Assembly (NCBI GenBank): GCA_965116875.1
Contig: OZ220733.1
Span: 640,001-704,000 of the forward strand
Origin: Candidatus Latescibacterota bacterium
Lineage (GTDB): Bacteria; Latescibacterota; UBA2968; GCA-2709665
Direction: 5' to 3'
DNA length: 64,000 nt
Below the pieces are notes generated by a model. It was not told where the DNA came from and did not search any database. It was given only the letters and a program-made list of their open reading frames with translations. Position numbers and translations under genes: made by a program. This document shows positions 58,743-64,000 of the stretch, one piece after another. The number at the start of each line of letters is the position of its first letter. Position 1 is the first letter of the stretch.

Positions 58743-60158
58743 ATGGGAAGACGAAATCTGTTGTTTTTCGGGGTGGACAGCCTCTGGGCCGACCACATGA
58801 GCTGCTACGGATATGAACGGCTGACGACGCCCTACGCGGACCGGCTTGCGTCGCAGGGGGTGTTGTTCGAAAAAAACTTCAGCCCGCACATACCAACGAC
58901 GTCTGCCTATGCGTCGATGCTCACCGGCATGGACTGTTTTTCCACGCAGGTCGTGGCGCTGCGCCATCAGGGTGGATTGCGGCCTGAGGTAACCAGCCTT
59001 CCAGAGATTCTGCGCGACGCCGGATACGATACGACATGCGTCGGGTTCACGGGCAATCCCGGTTCCCGGGGGTTCGACAGGTACCTCAACTACGAGGCAT
59101 GGGGGTCGTGGGAGCAGCGGCCCCTTCGCAAGGCCGAGTGGCTGAACGACGTCACGATTCCTGAATTGGAACGGCTCGCGTCGGCCGACCGGCCCTTCTT
59201 CCTGTTTCTGCGGCATATGGACCCTCACGCGCCCTACCTGCCACCCCCGCCGTTCGATACGATGTTCTACAGCGGCGACCCGTGCGATCCCGCCAGGACG
59301 TCAATGGAGCCCGTTCGGAATTTCAAGCCCTTTCGGGACTTTCATCTCAGCTGGATGCCGCCCGGCATTACGGACGCGGACTACGTGATCGCCCAGTACG
59401 ACGGCGAAGTCGCGTATATGGATGCCTGCATACAGAGGATCCTCACCCGCCTGGACGAACTGGGCCTGGCCGAAGAGACGCTTGTCGTATACAACGGAGA
59501 CCACGGGGAGACCCTTGCCGATCACGACTGTTACTTCGATCATCACGGGATGTACGACTGCACCCTGCACGTGCCGCTGATTCTGCGTCTACCGGGTGTG
59601 TTGCCCGAAGGGCTGCACGTGAACGGCTATACGAGCCATCCGGATCTCGCGCCGACACTTCTGGAGCTTCTGGATGTGCGCACGAGCATTGAGTTCAACG
59701 GGGACAGCCAGTTGCCGCTTATCCGTGGACAGCGGGCGTCGAACCGGTCTGAATTCTATATCACGGAGGCCACCTGGATGCGAAAGCACGGGTGGCGCAC
59801 GCCCGAGTGGAAGCTGATTGTGGCGCTTGAGCCCGATTTTCACGGGAAGCCCGAGGTGGAGCTGTACAACCTGGTGGCAGACCCGGGCGAGAACGTGAAT
59901 CTTGCGGAAGAGGAGCCCGGTGTGGTGCGGATGCTCCGAAACCGCATGGACGGGTGGATTGCGAAGCGCGAGGCGGAAACAGGACTGACCAATCCGATGT
60001 TCACCAATCTGCAGTGGCACGGCACCTCGCACGAAGGCCCCTTTCCGAGTTCGAAAGCGGCCTATGACTCACTCTATATCGGGTCCCCGAAGACGGCCCG
60101 GAAACTGCAGGCGCGGGACGTCGGCGAAGACGAAGAAACAGCCGGCGGCGAGTCGTAA
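58743..60158 (+). CDS. Sulfatase-like hydrolase (alkaline phosphatase superfamily)
   Basis: GVDSLWADHMSCYGY..TTP, IPTTSAYASMLTG, MDPHAPY, YDGEV, GDHGE, DHHG. Confidence 0.88.
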   Translation: MGRRNLLFFGVDSLWADHMSCYGYERLTTPYADRLASQGVLFEKNFSPHIPTTSAYASMLTGMDCFSTQVVALRHQGGLRPEVTSLPEILRDAGYDTTCVGFTGNPGSRGFDRYLNYEAWGSWEQRPLRKAEWLNDVTIPELERLASADRPFFLFLRHMDPHAPYLPPPPFDTMFYSGDPCDPARTSMEPVRNFKPFRDFHLSWMPPGITDADYVIAQYDGEVAYMDACIQRILTRLDELGLAEETLVVYNGDHGETLADHDCYFDHHGMYDCTLHVPLILRLPGVLPEGLHVNGYTSHPDLAPTLLELLDVRTSIEFNGDSQLPLIRGQRASNRSEFYITEATWMRKHGWRTPEWKLIVALEPDFHGKPEVELYNLVADPGENVNLAEEEPGVVRMLRNRMDGWIAKREAETGLTNPMFTNLQWHGTSHEGPFPSSKAAYDSLYIGSPKTARKLQARDVGEDEETAGGES

Positions 60159-60202
60159 GCAACTTTCGTATGGTCTTGCCGCCGTACTCACGATGAAGGA
60201 GA

Positions 60203-61306
60203 ATGAACATGAGCGACGGATTTCCGCTCCTTGAGGTGTCCGGATCGCCCTTGAATCGCGGGCGGGCGCACGGAGAGGCGTTCCGGGAAGAGATTCGCGC
60301 GCTGCTCCCGGTCTATTTCGACCATCTGGAGCGCACGAGCCGGCGCCATTCCGTACCTGTATTGAGCAAGACGCGGGTGCTAGAAATCTCGGCGACCTAC
60401 GCGAAGCCCGCGGAAGCATACGCTCCGGACCTGGTTCAAGAGGCAGGAGGAATCGCCGCAGGCGCCTGCGTACCCATTGAGGAGATTATGGCGCTCAATG
60501 GCTTTCTGGACATTTTCGACTACCTTTCTCCCAACTTTATCGGTGCGGGTTGCACGACGTTCATGGTTCCGGACACGGAAGACGGCGCAGGGGCTGCAAT
60601 CGGCCAGAATTACGACCTGATGGAGTTCTTCCAGCCTGCGGCGGTTTTGCTGAGAATCACGGGCGCCGGACCGGACGCGCTCATGTATACGACGGCGGGC
60701 ATGCTGGGAAGCGCGGGCATGAACAGCGAAGGCATTGGCGTGGTCATCAACAACCTGGTTCCCGGAGACGCCGGGGCCGGCGTTCCCTATCCATTCGTGA
60801 TCCGGCGGATCCTCGCAACGGCGCAGATCGGGGACGCCATCGACGCCGTTCTCGCTTCTCGCCGCGCGTCCGGCATGAATTATGTTCTGTGCGACCGCCA
60901 CGGAGAGATCTACAACCTGGAAACCACGGCCGCCGACTACGAGGTCACCAGCCCGTTCGACGGACCCATGGCGCACTCGAATCACTATCTGGCGGACCGC
61001 CTGCAACCCCTCGAGCGCCGCGCAAACGATCAGCGAGGTCAGAGCATCGCGCGCTGGGGCCGGGCAACGCGGCTTCTGCGCAGGTCTGCCGAACCGGATG
61101 CGGAGACGATCCGGTCGGCGTTGCGGGACCACGTGAACAGCCCCGTTTCGATCTGCAGGCACAGCGTGAACGGATGCGGGCAGACGATTTGCGGCATCGT
61201 TCTCGAGCCGTCCAATGGGCGGGCGTGGTTTGCCAGGGGTCCGTGCTGCGAACACGCCTGGGAGGAGCACCGGCTGTTCGAGGTCCAGGGCCGGCGTGTC
61301 GCATGA
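60203..61306 (+). CDS. C45 family autoproteolytic acyltransferase/hydrolase (Ntn)
   Basis: RGRAHG, G-C-T cleavage motif, GQNYD, GMNSEG, HSNHY. Confidence 0.85.
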   Translation: MNMSDGFPLLEVSGSPLNRGRAHGEAFREEIRALLPVYFDHLERTSRRHSVPVLSKTRVLEISATYAKPAEAYAPDLVQEAGGIAAGACVPIEEIMALNGFLDIFDYLSPNFIGAGCTTFMVPDTEDGAGAAIGQNYDLMEFFQPAAVLLRITGAGPDALMYTTAGMLGSAGMNSEGIGVVINNLVPGDAGAGVPYPFVIRRILATAQIGDAIDAVLASRRASGMNYVLCDRHGEIYNLETTAADYEVTSPFDGPMAHSNHYLADRLQPLERRANDQRGQSIARWGRATRLLRRSAEPDAETIRSALRDHVNSPVSICRHSVNGCGQTICGIVLEPSNGRAWFARGPCCEHAWEEHRLFEVQGRRVA

Positions 61307-61384
61307 GAAATATCGCCCTCGTCCGCAGTTCTTGAATGACCTTATATACAAGGGCTCACGACCCACCAACTGAAAGCATCTGAC

Positions 61385-62086
61385 ATGGGTACGAGAATCG
61401 AACGCTGGTTCAGAGCGCCATACGGGATGCCCAATGGCGTGCAGGCAACCGGCGACGGCATATGGGTGGTCGACCAGGTAACGGACCGCGCCGCACTGCT
61501 GGACGTCTCGAATGCGGACGAGTATGGCATGCTGCGGATGCGGTTCGAAGTGCCCACCGAGTCGTCCAACACCAGCGGGCTGGCAGGGGGAGACGGATCG
61601 CTCTGGCTGGCGGCCAACGGTTCGGCGGAGAAGTGGAGAACGCCCCGGGACACCGACGCTGAATCGGGCGAGATTCTTCGGGTGGATCCCGGTTCCGGGG
61701 AAACCCTGGGTCGATGGGCGCTGCCGGGCGGTGGCGGAACCCACGGGCTGGAATACGATTCGTTCGAGTCCGGGACGTTGTGGTTGACCACGTTGAAGGA
61801 CCAGACGTTGACGCAAGTGCGGATTTCAGATTGGTCCGTACAGAAGGTGATACCCCTTCCGTACGGAAGGGCGCATGGCGTCGTACGAGTCGAAGACGGC
61901 GTGTGGGTTGTCCACACCTCGGACCGGACGATCGTGAAACTTGACGTGGATACCGGTACGGTATTGGATCGGATCGACGTCGGCCGGTCTGACCCGGAGC
62001 CTCACGGTCTTTCCCGTCACGGGGATGGATTCCTCTATTGCGACGCGGCATCCGGATGGGTCGTAAGGATCGACGTGGAAGCGTAA
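61385..62086 (+). CDS. Small beta-propeller protein (Vgb-lyase/QC-like repeats)
   Basis: Repeated PNG/HG..GxxW motifs (PNGVQATGDGIW, THGLEY, AHGVV..GVW, PHGLS). Confidence 0.7.
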   Translation: MGTRIERWFRAPYGMPNGVQATGDGIWVVDQVTDRAALLDVSNADEYGMLRMRFEVPTESSNTSGLAGGDGSLWLAANGSAEKWRTPRDTDAESGEILRVDPGSGETLGRWALPGGGGTHGLEYDSFESGTLWLTTLKDQTLTQVRISDWSVQKVIPLPYGRAHGVVRVEDGVWVVHTSDRTIVKLDVDTGTVLDRIDVGRSDPEPHGLSRHGDGFLYCDAASGWVVRIDVEA

Positions 62087-62126
62087 GTTGATTCGCCGCT
62101 GCGCAAGCGCGGAACGACAGGTAGCT

Positions 62127-64000
62127 ATGAAACATAAAGTACTCTCTACGACCGGATCGACGCGGGGAACCGCGTACACGATGAGCAACAAGATCCTGAC
62201 CCACGCGGGAAAGACACACGTGGCGTGGCTCGATCAGATCTGCAGGATCTACGTACGGACCTACCATCACAAGACCAGGCGCTGGGGCAGGCCGGTCTAC
62301 GTGGGAACCGGGGACGACAACCACGCCGGCGCGGCGCTTGCGATGGATTCGCGCAAATACCTGCACCTGGCGTTCGGACCCCATCACAATCCGATCCGTC
62401 ACGTGGTGAGCAGGCGTCCCAACACTTCAACGTCGTGGGTGGAACAGCCCTCGTTCGGAGGAACCACGGCGACCTATCCGAGCCTGGTCTGCGACGCGGA
62501 CGATACGCTGCATGCCTGTTACCGCGGATCCTACGCCTCGGAACGACCCTGGTCGCTGGTGTATCAGAAAAAAACCGGCGGCGATTGGACGGACCCGGTC
62601 AAGCTCGTGGACCCCGAGGGACCCCCCGCGTATACGCAATTCGAGAACGCGCTCCACGTCGACCGGAACGGAACGCTCTACCTTGCCTACCACGTCGTGC
62701 GGGCAACTGAAGCGGACTATGGCGACACGCGCGGCAGAGGATTCGGCGTGATGCGGTCCCGAGACGGCGGCGAGAACTGGGAGACTGTCGACGGACGCGC
62801 GCTGGGACTCCCCACAACCCCGGCTTCACCCTGCATCATCGAATTCGATGAAGGCCTCGACGTCCGCATGGGCAACGTGGCAACCGGCGGCAGGGGTACG
62901 CTCTGCTTTACGCTGAATCGCCGCGAGAACGGCGCGGCGGAGACGTTCGTCTACACCAGGGGAAAGGACGACTGGCGGGTGGTCTCTCTGATGCCCCAGG
63001 CCCGGCGGCTGTTCGGCGACTGTGACATGTCGGACGTGTGCGCGCTCAGCATCGCGGACGACGGCGTGATCTACGCTGCGGGTCCGGTCTGCCGGCGTGG
63101 CGGCGGCTGGGCGGACTCCACCAACGAGATTGCGCTGTTTACGTCGCGGGACGGCGGCGAGACGTTTTCGGGTTACCGGATATCGGCAAACGAACCGGAT
63201 GTATCCAACTGGCTGCCGGCCCTCGAACGGCAGACCGGACACAACCGCGTGGACGTGCCGGGACTGGTCTATACGCACGGGCACATCGGCGAGGGATGCA
63301 GCCCGGATATCGACACACAGATCCGGTATGTATCGCTGAACGGCATCGCGGAGGCGGAAGCAGGCGCGGTAGACGCCCGGGTCGCCGGCGCGGAGCAGTT
63401 GAGCGGGATCCGCTTTACCGAAGAACAGCGCGGGAAAATGAGGCGGGACGTGGAGCAATACCGTCTCCGTTACCGGGAACTTCGCGAGGTGGACGTGGGC
63501 TACGACGTGAGCCCGGCCTCGGTATTCCTGCCCGGCGCGAAACCGCCGCCATCCGGAGAACAGCGCCCGTTCCGTTTGACCGCTTCCGCGGTCGAGCGAC
63601 CGGCATCCGGGGAGGACCTGGCATTTCTGCCTGTGAGCGCGCTCGCCCGCCTGGTAGAAACCCGACAGGTTTCGCCCGTGGAACTCGCCAGGCTCTACCT
63701 GGACCGTCTGGACGCATTCGGGGAAGCCTTGCATTGCGTGGTTTCGCTCACCGAAGACCTGGCGATGGCACAGGCGAAAACCGCGGAGGCGGAGATTATG
63801 GGCGGCGAGTACCGGGGGCCGCTGCACGGGATTCCCTGGGGCGCCAAGGACCTGCTTGCCACAAAGGGAATCCGGACCACGTGGGGCGCCACGCCCTTCA
63901 GGGAACAAACCGGCGAGACCGACGCAGCCGTTGTGGAACGGCTTCGGGACGCGGGCGCGGTCCTTGTGGCCAAACTCTCAACGGGAGCCCTCGCCAACGG
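62127..64000 (+). CDS. BNR-repeat beta-propeller fused to amidase-signature domain (partial, runs off window; not in ORF track)
   Basis: Hand translation without stops from MKHKVLST: DDNH, GPHH, TYP, SRDGGENW and SRDGGETF Asp-boxes, then GPLHGIPWGAKDL..TTWG..RLRDAGAVLVAKLSTG. Confidence 0.85.
   Translation, partial: MKHKVLSTTGSTRGTAYTMSNKILTHAGKTHVAWLDQICRIYVRTYHHKTRRWGRPVYVGTGDDNHAGAALAMDSRKYLHLAFGPHHNPIRHVVSRRPNTSTSWVEQPSFGGTTATYPSLVCDADDTLHACYRGSYASERPWSLVYQKKTGGDWTDPVKLVDPEGPPAYTQFENALHVDRNGTLYLAYHVVRATEADYGDTRGRGFGVMRSRDGGENWETVDGRALGLPTTPASPCIIEFDEGLDVRMGNVATGGRGTLCFTLNRRENGAAETFVYTRGKDDWRVVSLMPQARRLFGDCDMSDVCALSIADDGVIYAAGPVCRRGGGWADSTNEIALFTSRDGGETFSGYRISANEPDVSNWLPALERQTGHNRVDVPGLVYTHGHIGEGCSPDIDTQIRYVSLNGIAEAEAGAVDARVAGAEQLSGIRFTEEQRGKMRRDVEQYRLRYRELREVDVGYDVSPASVFLPGAKPPPSGEQRPFRLTASAVERPASGEDLAFLPVSALARLVETRQVSPVELARLYLDRLDAFGEALHCVVSLTEDLAMAQAKTAEAEIMGGEYRGPLHGIPWGAKDLLATKGIRTTWGATPFREQTGETDAAVVERLRDAGAVLVAKLSTGALAN

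Overview
A GC-rich bacterial chromosome segment. The gene content (cohesin/dockerin-like and FlgD-type secreted proteins, plant-type LRR protein, sulfatase-fold enzymes) suggests an FCB-group or Latescibacterota-like organism, possibly host-associated; this is inference only. Left end: a sigma54-type promoter precedes a minus-strand envelope-stress cluster (pspA, membrane proteins sharing a PspB-like module, STAS protein, ECF sigma, NfeD, flotillin), followed by a TPR histidine kinase. Next come housekeeping genes: LysM amidase, copA, thiL, eukaryotic-type hisA, a lone RND permease, an ArfB-like factor, an S1 protein, an M19 dipeptidase, rlpA, pyrD/pyrK, a carB split by an in-frame TAG, nnr, two tRNA-Ser, gltX and tRNA-Gln. 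Downstream of tRNA-Gln lies an accessory region (about 34.5-46.7 kb) with pseudogene fragments and three secreted cohesin/dockerin-like proteins. One of these ends in an FGE/C-lectin domain that is followed by a start-less, diverged copy of its own 3' tip. The same region holds REP-like elements, a repeated 7-3-7 palindromic operator motif and a candidate sRNA. Right end: adenosine deaminase-like, prs, glnS, small enzymes, manA and a catabolic cluster (two Thr-motif sulfatase-fold proteins, Gfo/Idh/MocA, C45, beta-propeller, and a BNR-propeller/amidase fusion running off the window). No CRISPR array, rRNA, integrase, transposase or reverse transcriptase was seen.
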